In this document: positions 9,578 to 20,000 of the stretch, piece after piece
How positions within the stretch are numbered: position 1 is the stretch's first letter
Layout of the letters: each line of letters starts with the position of its first letter
Source: Toensbergia leucococca
Lineage: Eukaryota
Assembly (NCBI GenBank): GCA_022813965.1
Contig: JALDZS010000137.1
Location: 45,319 to 65,318 of the forward strand
DNA length: 20,000 nt
Direction of reading: 5' to 3'
Translations under genes and position numbers: made by a program
Notes under the pieces: generated by a model
Told to the model about the DNA's origin: nothing
What the model saw: only the letters and a program-made list of their open reading frames with translations
Database searches by the model: none

Positions 9578-9890
9578 GGATGTGTTTTTCGGTTTCTATT
9601 CTATTTGTGAGAAAATGAGAGGATAAAGGCCCTCTTATTAATAAAGCTGTTGTAAAACAAAATCACTCTCTTCTCTGTCAACAAACAACACTCCCCCCCA
9701 AAAAAAACCCCCTTTCACAAGAATATGCAACCCAATCCCGCACCAGATTCCGCCGAGATCGCCAAAACCAAAAAAGGGGGAACCAATCACACTCAAGACC
9801 CTAAGTAAAAAAAAACCGGGCGGTTTTTGTTACAGCCTAGGGCGTTACCCAGGGAACCTGGAATTCAGTACAGAAGTCGCCGAGGATCCC

Positions 9891-11545
9891 TCAAGCCGAC
9901 CGATCCGGGAACAAAGTCCTCACCTTCCCCACCTGCCCCATCCTGCCCGTTTCCAAATCATTTCTCAGAGTCGGACTGGCGCTATCGATTCCACTCCACA
10001 ACGCGTCTCCGGTCCCAAATTCCAAATCTTGCTCAATGACGTGCCCTTGAAGACTCTGACCATCACCACCACCAGCGTAGCCCTTCCCCTCCTCGCTGCT
10101 AGGAAATACCAACCGATCCGGCTCCAGAACATCTCTCAAATAAGGCACTTTGGGATTTTGCATTCTCGGTGGGGAGGGGGAGGTGGAGCTCGGGTCCGAA
10201 TTTAGAGAACTGAAGGCGAGGGTGTGAAGGCGGGTGCGAACGGAGCGGAGGGTTAGGGAGGTGCTGTAGTGTTTTAAGAGGGCGGCGCAGGCGGGCATGC
10301 AGCTGCAGATGATGCCGATGTTGCATTCGGCCATGCTTTTTGGGCAAATTGGGGGGGTTATTTAGTTTGTTTGTTTGGAAATGAGAAAGGGGTATTGGGG
10401 ATTCAGGCGTACATGGTAGTGGAGAGGATAGCGTCATTCCAGTAAATATCGGGATTAGTTTTCAGGAGGATGCGGTAGTAGAGTCCCGTAAGGCTTGCTA
10501 CCAGAGCGCTGTGGTATTGTTAGCTTTGGGGTTTTTTTTCAAAGGGAGTGGAACGGAGGGAATGGTAGACTTGCAGAAATCCGGTAAGGAAGATTGAAAG
10601 AACGCCAATTCTTTTGCGTCGGGAGAGTTTCAAGCTCCAGATGATGGGGATGGGTATGCAGATTAGATAGAGGTCGACCAAGACGTTCCAAGCGCCTTGA
10701 ACTAAAGCGTAGTTGATTTCGTAGCTGCAGGTTTGACCGAGGGCGGGATCAAGCCATGATTGGCCTGGACGCGGGAAACAGAGGTAGAGGTCAAGGGGGA
10801 GTATGCCCCAGTAGACTACAAATGAGATGATGATGCCGGTGTAGATGAGGATGTTGAGGTAGGGGTGCGGGGTGAAGAGTTTTTTGAAGAGGAGGAATAC
10901 TGATAGCTACGTTTATCAGAGACGCCACAGAAGAGTGAGTAATTGACAAGTATTACGTACTTTGGAGAAGAACATGGATAACGATCCAAATAGGTCATGG
11001 ATAGTCATTCTATTACCGGTGCAATTAGAGGGTTTCAATTATGAAAGAGAGCATATAAGAAGCTGCCTTTACCCACATCTCACTTAGATTGCCGGTGTAT
11101 TGCGCAATGCTGATATCCCAAGAATGTCTTAACAACGGACCCTCTACGATCGATCAGCATCAACCCAAGGGAATTCAAAGTCACGTCTCACCTTGAACAT
11201 TCAAAGCCACAAACACGATTGAGAGCATCTGATAGCAAGCACTCAGCATAGCACGAACTAAACAAGCTTTTTACTCTTACACAAGCTGTCATACATGCCC
11301 CTATCTCAGATCAGTATGTTCGATGCGAAAACGGAAATGTTATTCTGCATACAGTCAGGCATGCCCCAGGTATGAGTGATTCGAGAAGTCGAGTAAGCAC
11401 GGGCCAAAAAAAAAGACAGCGATAGTGTCAAAGATGCAACACCGACAGCAAATGCTGCAGGCGCTATGGACGGTGGATCTATGAAATTGGACTCAATCCC
11501 GGGTGGGGGAGGAAAAATTGGTGTTGTGGCATAATCAACACTCAT
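9891..11545 (-). CDS. PTH11-like integral membrane protein (fungal rhodopsin domain, no CFEM domain), multi-exon
   Basis: Start MSVDYATTPIFPPPPGIESNFIDPPS (PPPG..SNF..P signature), RHSWDISI, NVLVDLYLICIPIPIIWSLKLSRRKRIGVLSIFLTG and TM7 ECNIGIICSCMP motifs; Ser/Pro-rich cytoplasmic tail ending at TGA 9891-9893. First donor at 11352. Later internal exon boundaries only partly resolved. Confidence 0.9.
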
Positions 11546-13102
11546 GATGACTGGGGAAGTATTGAAATAAATATTAAAGCGGCTTTCAAGCAAAGCTGAA
11601 CTCAAGACGGGGTAGAATGTTTCCTTGGGTGTATTCGAATCTCGGGACTTGGGGGATGGAAGATAAAGAACATTTTGAAGCCCTGTTTCAGTGATCAAGG
11701 CTGTACCCATGAAGGCAGTAGATCGTTGGACCAGAATATTGAACCCTTCACGGCAGAGAATAGTGCATAATAGGTTGCTGGATAAGGTAGAGGCGGAGTC
11801 TGGAGTTGCGGGCTGACATATGCATAAAGCATGAGCCTAATGCACACACGGTTGAATTCAGAACTTCTGCCGAAAACGTCGTTGATTAATTCGCTGCTCA
11901 CACCAGGACGAGGCGAGGTCAGATGTAAGACGGCCGGATCAACCCTCTTCCAGCGCCAAAGAAGTAACGTGACTGCCTTTTCCATTGCCCTAATGCCGGT
12001 CAGCAAAGAATCTAAGTTTCCACCTATGTAAACATCTTACTCATCTTGTAGCCACTTCCCACACCGCAGTATAAGCACTATGTTTCACCTGTGGCAACCA
12101 TGTCAGCCCCGAAAGAAGCTCATTCCCATTGAAACTCAGTCCAATGAAGATCACTGATCCCAAAGGATCATTGTCCATTTGATGCCCTTTGTAAGCTTCT
12201 CTGACCCTGGCCATATGCACAACCTCCACGGCAGATTTCCGCATAGCCTTGTTGTGCCACATGGTCCATCCCAAATTCCCCCAGCATCCCGTTTTGATAT
12301 GCTTAACCTCGACGAAACACCACTATTAGATAAGAAGACTGTACAAGAGCTTACCGATCCAAACATCAATGCATACTCTCTGTGAGTAACTTGTATCATG
12401 CCGACTATATTTTCCATCCAAGTAAATATGCCGATGGCCTATCCCGAGACTGGGTGTTCTTGTCCAGGGAACTATCCGAAGCTATACTTCGGACGCAATG
12501 AAAAGACATCTGCTTGTGTCAAGACTCAAGGACTGACATTGTACTAGCTCATGCGTGAGCTGGCTAAATCTTCCGCTGCCTAGACTAGCCACTCATTCAA
12601 AGCATGTGGCTTTACCTACCTAATTGGAGCAGAGTAAGCAGAGTAAGCAGGAGTAGTGCCTTCATGTCAGAATGGCTTACTGAAGCTTTGGCGACGAACA
12701 AACCCATTTCAGTCCGCTGAAACGTGGCTTGAAATTCAGGTACAAAGCTCCCTCTAACCTTAAGACTCGCCCAAAGAGGGCCCGCTCCGATGATTGACGA
12801 TATACATATAGGCATATGTTTCCTATAAAATGAAAAAAGAAGAGAATCACAGGAGTCAACGTAAGACCTGTGGAAGAAGAGGACGGATCATCAGATATCC
12901 GGTAGTCCTGAAGCTGGTATAGCTACACCAGCCTCCTTCCCATTTCATACCTCCACTAACAGTCACAATGAGTGAGTAAGAAGTAATGCGGTATCACTTC
13001 GTGGACACCAGCTGACAAATTGTAACGACGTGACTAGACAAATGTACATCAACAACAGATGTCTGTTCTCGGCCTCTGATAATGTGCCCCACCAATTCGA
13101 TT

Positions 13103-15148
13103 TCAATTCCTACGACTCCCACGAGCGGTTAAATCGCTCCAAAAACTTGATACATTCCCAAGCAGCACTTCGATAGCCTCAGTGACGCTTCTCCAATACT
13201 CGGGTATTTTTTTGGAGAAGAAACCCGGGATGGTAATCGTGAAGAAGTGCGGAATGGTCTTCGTGCAGAATCCCCACAGTGGCTGTATAAAAAGTCGTCC
13301 ATCCTCGAGTGGAATTGCCAATATTACAGTGATAGAGGCAAGAACTCCGATCCAAATTGATCCTGTAACATTGACATTTTGCCAACCCTGGCTGATGAAC
13401 TGAAAAGTACCATCGCAGACAGACGGCTCCACCTCGAGTCTTTGTAGCCCAGGGTAGGAAGCCGCAGCACCTTGGGCAATGTTACGCGCATCAATTTGAA
13501 TACGAGCAAGCGATGTCTCGAACAATTGCTTAGCTTCGACTTTCCACTGCTCTTTGGCGAGAGGCAGAGATTCCCATCCTCGGACCAGCTTTTGCGCGGC
13601 GAGTCCGCTGCCGAGACGGTAGTTGATGGTGTCATAGATATTCGACCATAGCAATGTGTACACCATGAACAGGAAGCCACCTCGAGTATGGGCATCTTTG
13701 ATGACGAAAGTAGGTTCAGGTAGATATGGCTTCCAATCTTTTGAGCTACTCGGGTCTCGCCAAAGGGTTGTGTCTACACAAGCGAGAACAGAAGCGTGAT
13801 TCCCCGTGTACCGCCAACGGGGTTCGTCACTGGACTTGATGGAGAATTTGGTGTTTGCGGGAAAGATCGGGTCATCACTTGGCGCAAGGTAAGATATCTT
13901 CTGTGGATGGATGAAAGCCAAAGTGAGAGATGAACCCTTTGGACGTTTTAGAGGTGCTATGGGTTCGTACGCAGGTCCTGACTGAACAGTGCTATTAAAT
14001 GGATGTTATCAACTCGGGTTTCATGCCCAGAAGGTTGGAGAGATACGCACCTGACGAGGTAGTGTGCTTGCCACTCAAGGTTGCTGCCCTGGGTTTTAGT
14101 TTGCCATGTGAACGGTAAGCCATTGCTAGAGCCATAATTGTAGGTATGTGTGTAGATTCCATCCTTTTCACTGGTGGTAATATACGTTTCGTTTCTATTC
14201 AAGGGCACGCAGGTAGTGTTTCTCTGGAATTGCCAAGTTCGAGGAGCATTGATACCTACCGTCGCGGCGTCGATGGGACCTGTAGAGAATTGCGAGGCGG
14301 ATGACATGTTTTCGTGGCACATTCCATCGACAAATGGACAAGGATCATCCGAAGGCGTGTAAGGAATTGACTGCTGAACAAAGAAATTGCAGTCATTCGC
14401 TCCACTCTCTGTGTCGTAACAACTCTCTGCCAGTTTGGCACTATCCAATTGTGCTTGAAAGGCAAACGGGCCAAGCACATCTTGAGACTGTGATAAATTA
14501 GACGAAGGGACGTAGAGTCCACATTTCGAATTAGTCGAGAGTGCTTTGCTGTCTGTGGCCAGATATGCCGTGACCACACCGCAAGCAAGAAAGCCAGCAT
14601 AGGTGGTGATGAGCAAGATGATCTCCATGATAGGACGCAATAGAGGCTTTCTATTTCGCAAGACATTTGGTGTGTTGAGTTGAATTCTGCCTTCTTTTCT
14701 CCGTTGAATGATCTCATCGACGGTCTCCGAGAGTAGATGGAATGCTATGGTTTCAGGAGCGGTCGGGTCTTTTCTCACCCCATGCACAGCAGCTGGCTCT
14801 CGAACTTTGAGGAGCAAGCGAAAGAGGCGTGCCAGAGCGATTGTCACAACGATACCCAAGAAGTTGGTCCAAAGGGTGGCCCTGAATTTGCTGCACAACC
14901 ACTGAGTCTCTACAGCTGATTGTCAGCCTCAACTTTTGATTAGGGTAATGTCACTTTACGCGATCCCCAAGTCCTGTTGTAATCAATGTACCATCCAGTA
15001 TGAACGTCTGGTGTAGACATGGGGATGACGTCAAAAGCGTAAAATTATCGACTTTTTCTCTTTTAGTACAAGTTGACCATTCTGCTGAAATTGAATGATT
15101 GAAAAAGGTTGTCTCAATTAAAATGGTCCCAGCTGAGCTATATGACAT
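13103..15148 (-). CDS. Uncharacterised fungal membrane protein, ~640 aa, 3 exons
   Basis: Exons 15148-14960, 14901-14051, 13991-13103 join the 65-, 313- and 272-aa ORFs in frame (first acceptor tentative; second intron gtgcgt..tag clear). Two N-terminal hydrophobic helices, a Cys-containing lumenal region with N-glycosylation sequons (RNTT, RNET), EQWKVEAKQLFETSLARIQ, and a C-terminal TM helix. Confidence 0.75.
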
Positions 15149-15385
15149 GGCCGGTAGAGATCTGTAAAAGCAGCCTCATAAAATTCGCGCAAGTAAACGT
15201 CGCCCATTGCTCGGTTCACAGCTGGTGAGCCTAGAATACTGCTGACAGAGCCTCAATTAGGGTCCGTGGCTCATAGTTTCACATTCAGCTATCTTAAACC
15301 GGTGTGGTGGCAGGTGGTGGTTCCGACTTCCTCTTCATATAAGAGGTCAGGAGATAGTTAGGATGGGAGTTGTGTCATTAGATAG
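14911..15385. repeat. Degenerate direct repeat, copy 1 (promoter, exon 1 and intron 1 of the membrane-protein gene)
   Basis: Shares collinear blocks with 16741-17300: ttgtcagcct, gtcctgttgtaatcaa, atccagtatgaacgtct, gtcaaaag, agctatatga, cagcctcat, cattgctc. Confidence 0.75.
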
Positions 15386-15707
15386 GTACAGGTGGTGAGG
15401 TGTAACAGACGCGTTGTTCTAGTGAGGCTGTGCAAAGTACGCGTGTCACGATCCGCCGAGTCCGACGTGGGGAAACATTGAGGAAGCGCAGCCTAAACTT
15501 GCCGCCGAGGATTCTGCTCAGAATTCAAGTTATTTATTTAAATGTTCGATATCAGTGATCTTTATCACTTTGTCTACATCTCAGAGTACCTTTTTGCCTT
15601 ATTGCTCACAGATTCAGCCCTTCAACAGAGTGACACTGATTTCAAAATGCGGCTAACATCTTTCTCTCTCACAATCTCATTAACTCAAGTCAATCAAGAG
15701 CGTGATC

Positions 15708-16487
15708 CTATTTCAGTAACCTACCACCATTCGAATCAATAACGCTCCCAGTCAAAAATTGATCTTTCATCGCATAAAGAAATGCCTCGGCAAGATCTTC
15801 CGGTCGTCCCATCTGCCCCGCCAAAGTTCCGTCCCTGAAAAACTGCAAGACGCCTTCGGGAAGGTCATCGAAAAGCTCCGTATGCACCGCCCCAGGAGAA
15901 ACACAATTGACCCTCACAGGCGCAAGATCAACCGCCAGCCCACGCGTCATCCCCTCCATAGCAGCACTCCACGCCGCAACAATCGCCCAATCTTTGGCCG
16001 GCTTGGCGTTGATGGAGCCGCTGGTTACCGTAATGGAGGATTTGCTGCTTGGGCTTAGATATCTGGGAGCGAGCTTGGCGAGGACAAAGGGGCCAAGAAA
16101 GCGCACTTGACCGGGCTGGAGAATATCCTGGATGGTGGCTTCGGCGATGGGAGTGACCTTGAGGTTATCACCGGCTGTGAAGACGATGTGGTCGATGCGA
16201 GAGTCGCCAGCTGCCGCTTGCAGGAGTGCGTCCAGGTTGGCCTCCAGAGAGTCTCGCCGGGAAAGATCGCAGGTGTGACCGCTGAGTTGATGGGTTTTGT
16301 CTGGGTAGCTGGCTTTGAGGCGGGAGAGAGCATGCTCGAGTTTGGGGGGCTTGGAGCCAGAGATGGTGACTTGAGCGCCGTGTTCGAGGGCGGCTTCGGC
16401 GACACAGAAGCCTATGCCGGATGTTCCGCCGAGTATTAGAACGCGGGACTGGGCTAATTTTGTGGTATACTTAGGGCTAGATGACAT
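15708..16487 (-). CDS. Atypical short-chain dehydrogenase/reductase (MalC/PhqE-like subfamily), 259 aa, intronless
   Basis: Rossmann motif ILGGTSGIG, CDLS, IDHIVFTAGD, TSGS, RGLAVDLAPVRVNCVSPGAVHT, FLTGSVIDSNGG. Canonical YxxxK is absent (WAIVAAWSAAMEG at that position). Confidence 0.93.
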   Translation of the reverse strand: MSSSPKYTTKLAQSRVLILGGTSGIGFCVAEAALEHGAQVTISGSKPPKLEHALSRLKASYPDKTHQLSGHTCDLSRRDSLEANLDALLQAAAGDSRIDHIVFTAGDNLKVTPIAEATIQDILQPGQVRFLGPFVLAKLAPRYLSPSSKSSITVTSGSINAKPAKDWAIVAAWSAAMEGMTRGLAVDLAPVRVNCVSPGAVHTELFDDLPEGVLQFFRDGTLAGQMGRPEDLAEAFLYAMKDQFLTGSVIDSNGGRLLK

Positions 16488-16740
16488 TTTTGATGATTCT
16501 GTAATGGATTACAGGAGGTACTGGAACTTACAGGCAGAAGAATTGGCGTCTTTGGCCCTTTATATACTAGGAGTCTGGGTCTCGAAAAGGTGGGTAGTTC
16601 AAGACCTAATACAATTCTGGACGAGTCTCGTTCGGCTGGCTTTAAGGTGTGTTCAAAATCCCGTATCGCCGGGCTCGGCGAACGGAACGAAGGTAGCGGA
16701 ATGCGCCAGCTTACCATGAGTTATTCTATGACGCCATAGA

Positions 16741-17300
16741 ATAGTTGGTTGTCAGCCTGAATTTTTGATCAGGATACTATCGCTTTACATGATCCTCAGG
16801 TCCTGTTGTAATCAACCTACGATCCAGTATGAACGTCTTGCGAAGGCATTGTCGACATGAGCAATCATGTCAAAAGTATAGATAGAGAAAGAGTGAGAGC
16901 GTCAATTTCTTCTCTTTAAAGTAAAATTTGACAGTATCTATCTGTTAGTCTGATATTTTGAGACTTAACTATCAAGAGATATCAACTGAAATGTACCGTC
17001 TTGACCAAGCTATATGAGATTGTTATTTGACATTTGTAGAATCAGCCTCATCAAAATCACGCAATCAAGTCTTTCTCATTGCTCAATTCACAACCCACCG
17101 CTGATGGCGCCTCAGTCAAAGTCTGTGACTCATATCATCATAGTCACAGAAGAGTCAGCCTGAGCAAGGTCTCAACCTTCACAATCTCCTTCTGAATTAG
17201 TTAAAACCACCTGGTTGTCAGCCTACTCTGAAGGGAACCAATTGCCGCATTTTCACCTTGAGTAGGGTCAGACGTTGAGAATTGAGACTTCTTCATAGAC
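16741..17300. repeat. Degenerate direct repeat, copy 2 (decayed duplicate of 14911-15385)
   Basis: Same collinear blocks as copy 1 with indels. The ATG equivalent appears lost (agctatatgagat vs agctatatgacat). Confidence 0.7.
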
Positions 17301-17354
17301 TCTATTCGTTAAGTACTGAACCACCAGGGGGTGACAAAAGATTTCTGTCTCCCT

Positions 17355-19606
17355 CTAGTAAATCCTGCAGTCTGCATCCCTTGTATGGTGACAGCTAAGA
17401 CAAAATACAAACAGAAAATTATTCGTACTTTTACAATGACAGCAGAACCACTCGAGCTCCTTGCTTGTCTTAGCTGTCTGCTTTTTGGGTGGTACGCATG
17501 TTCGAACAGCACTTACACTTGTTGGAACATCAGGTACATGTGTCTGAAGAGCATTATGGTTCGTATAGACATTACCATACGTCGGGGTTAGACCACTAGC
17601 AATGGTCTGTTGTTCAAGGAGGGCGTACCCCTGAGTAGCGTTACGATACAGATCATCAACAGTAGTGGCTGAAGCTTGGGATGCAGTGGTATCATAGACT
17701 GGTGCAGGGGTCCAGTACGGCCGAGAGGCCGACTTTCGAGGTGTAATAGTATTATTAATCAGCTCAGGATTTCCATGTGGCTGTGGGGGCTCTTGCCGAG
17801 TACGGGTATGGTTTACCTGTGAAGTCCGAGACACAACCGGAGCTTTAGACTTTTGATTAATAATACATGAGCTGTCTCTCAAATGTCGGCAGGCCGAGCA
17901 CTCTATCAAGACAATGGCATTTTTCTCCGTACACAGACAGCAAGTCCATAATAGTCCCTTTGCTTCTCGACGTGCTTGAGGTTTGAGGGTATTTGGTGAC
18001 TTGAGGACTTTCTGATGCTGAATCGGAACATGGGATTGTGAGTTTCCCTGAGTCGTAGGGCCAGAAAAGAGTCCTAGCTTTGGAACGAGCTTCCAAATGG
18101 CGTCACTTGGCCTGTCTTCATTTTTCATTTCTCCTTTTTTATGGGATCGGTCTGGACGAGCTGAAGACGTTACCGGAGCCTGGCCTGACGATGAAGCCGT
18201 ACTAGATTCTTCCCGTTCGTGGATCGCCTTTCGCTCTTCAAAAGACATAGATATCTCGGATCTTGAATTCGGTTGATCCTCACTGAAGCCATCGTTAGCA
18301 GGACGTTGAGGCTTAGATAAGGGCATGTGCCAGTTACTTTTTGCAGGATGTTTGAGCTGACCTGGCACTAGGACGGGTGGCAATCATGATGACTGCCCCA
18401 GTCATGACGCTTGAAACACCACTTGTGACTAGCTGAGTGGCCAATTGACGGAGCCAACTTCCGCTCTCAGTCTCAAGTGCCGGTCTGGGATTCTCTGCTG
18501 CGCTCTGGGCATTGCCGAGGACAGTCACCATATTTGTGAGGCTATCAAGAGATGCATCAATGGATTGGTGAACCTGAAGAAGAATTTCGCGCTGTTGTTT
18601 CAGATGTTCCTCAACTTTCAGATCATGCGCAGTTTGAGCGGTTTCGTACTTTTCCAAGAGGTCAAGGACAGATTCCAGGCTTGCCTGCAAAGCTGCACCC
18701 GTTCTTTCAATACGTATGACAATTCTTGTGCTCTCACTAATCTGGCTTCTCAAGGAGCCAAGGATAGCATCTAGGTTTGCCTGCAGAGCCGCACCCATAT
18801 CTTCAAGACGTATGACAGTTTTTTGGCTTTCATCAATCTGACCTTGTTGTACGATCCTGCTTTGCATGATGATTGTAGCTTCCGTTCTAGCATGATCTTC
18901 TGACTGAGATTTGCTAAGCTCTATTAGATTCTGACTCTGAATGACGAGCGCATCTCCGTGATCCTTGGCTGCCTGCCTGATGTCCTGAATTTGCTGTTCA
19001 AATTGTCCGATAATAGCAGCTCTGTTAATGGCAATCTTCAGAGCGTTGACTTGAGCATTTGTAGGCAAGCCTGCTATTTCTACAGTAACAAGTTTGATAG
19101 AGTCCCTGTAGATTTAATGAGGGCTGCGCACAGAGGACATACAGAGCGCGCTGAGAAACTCACAAAGCTTGCAGTAATAGCAGAGGGTTGATAAACAGAA
19201 TAGGATCAGACACAGCTTTCTTCAGCTCAGCTACCTTGCCGGCAACTTCAGAAAGTTCCTTGAGAGCCCATTTGATCTTTTGAGGTGCTTTTTGAACTGA
19301 GTTCTTCGTCGAGCTTGAACCCAATGCCGGACAGAAGTTTAGCATATGTTTTTCAAATTTGATACAAGGCGTTTCAATGAGCTTGACTTGCTCGTTGATT
19401 GCATCCGAATACTTAACCTGTGCGTTATCACCGATGTAATCTTTGATGAGGGCCAAAGTAGTCTTGAAGCCATCCAGGAAGGCGGTTGTTTCTGCATATT
19501 TGGTGACAGCACCGTCAGTCTCCTTGAAAGCTTCGCAGATCTTTACTATGATCTTGATAGATTCTACAATATCGCCAGCAGACCATCCAAATATAGGAGC
19601 TGGCAT
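17355..19606 (-). CDS. Protein with fungal STAND N-terminal/HeLo-like domain, coiled-coil middle and two C-terminal Cys/His zinc-finger-like motifs, ~704 aa, 3 exons
   Basis: Exons 19606-19164, 19105-18362, 18282-17355 (introns gtgagt..ctacag and gtcagc..gctaac..ttcag; 2115 nt in frame) join the 174-, 244- and 342-aa ORFs. N-terminus MPAPIFGWSAGDIVESIKIIVKICEAFKE...KIKWAL resembles Helo_like_N/SesA-type domains. Motifs WTCCLC-x10-CSACRHLR and WFCCHC-x10-CLSCHHTR. Confidence 0.8.
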
Positions 19607-20000
19607 ATCAAGTTGGATGGTTGTGTACAAGTGCAATTTTCGAAGAATTTGAGGGTGGTTTGGGGAAGTGAGGGTCAGCCTCACCAGGGCCTGAGACTAG
19701 TCAGTATAATATTACAAAACGAGGCAGCCAATTAACGTTCATTACGAGGCAGCCTCTTTGTAAATCCAGCATCAGTATTTCGCTTCTCTTCTTTGAACTT
19801 GTTCGTCACGCAGCTTGCCGACTGTCCAAAATACGGCAGATACGTACAATGGCAACGGCAATAGCGCAAGGGATTTACTTGCATGTCAATACATGTAGCT
19901 GACCAAATGAGCTTTAGCCAGACTGCTGCTGGGTACCTCAAGTGGCTAGACCAGAAGTAGAGCCCATACCTTACTCGTACCTTTGCCAATTAAAATTCCC

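Noticed and set aside
12628..12656. Short tandem repeat (agcagagta)x2-3
   Set aside because: Ordinary minisatellite-scale slippage with no sign of function.
11695..12860. Several 60-100 aa ORFs on both strands between the PTH11-like and membrane-protein genes
   Set aside because: No recognisable motifs or convincing splice model; probably promoter/terminator sequence.
12913..12932. Near-perfect 20-bp palindrome gctggtatagctacaccagc
   Set aside because: Single short instance with no supporting context; could arise by chance.
18283..18383. Apparent frameshift or overlap between the 244-aa and 342-aa ORFs
   Set aside because: Explained by a 79-nt intron (18361-18283; gtcagc...gctaac...ttcag) that restores the frame.

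Overview
Eukaryotic, intron-rich filamentous-ascomycete (Pezizomycotina-like) genomic DNA with an accessory/secondary-metabolism character. Left to right: the 3' end of an MFS sugar-porter gene; a 4-exon DUF3328/UstYa-like oxidase (-) transcribed head-to-head with a 2-exon secreted, Kex2-processed repeat precursor (+) carrying three identical KR-ADDGDEIWSQ-RR/stop cores, a candidate fungal RiPP (dikaritin-type) pair with a Trp-containing, Tyr-free core; a decayed CYP52-clan P450 pseudogene abutting the precursor; a 96-aa two-repeat acidic protein missed by the ORF track; an intact 5-exon CYP52-clan P450; a MITE-like long inverted repeat; a PTH11-like rhodopsin-domain membrane protein; an uncharacterised membrane protein; an atypical MalC/PhqE-like SDR between two degenerate direct repeats; and a HeLo-like/STAND N-terminal-domain protein with two Cys/His zinc-finger-like motifs. 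Exon models were derived by eye from GT-AG/branch-point signals and frame continuity. Family assignments rest on recalled motifs, not database searches.
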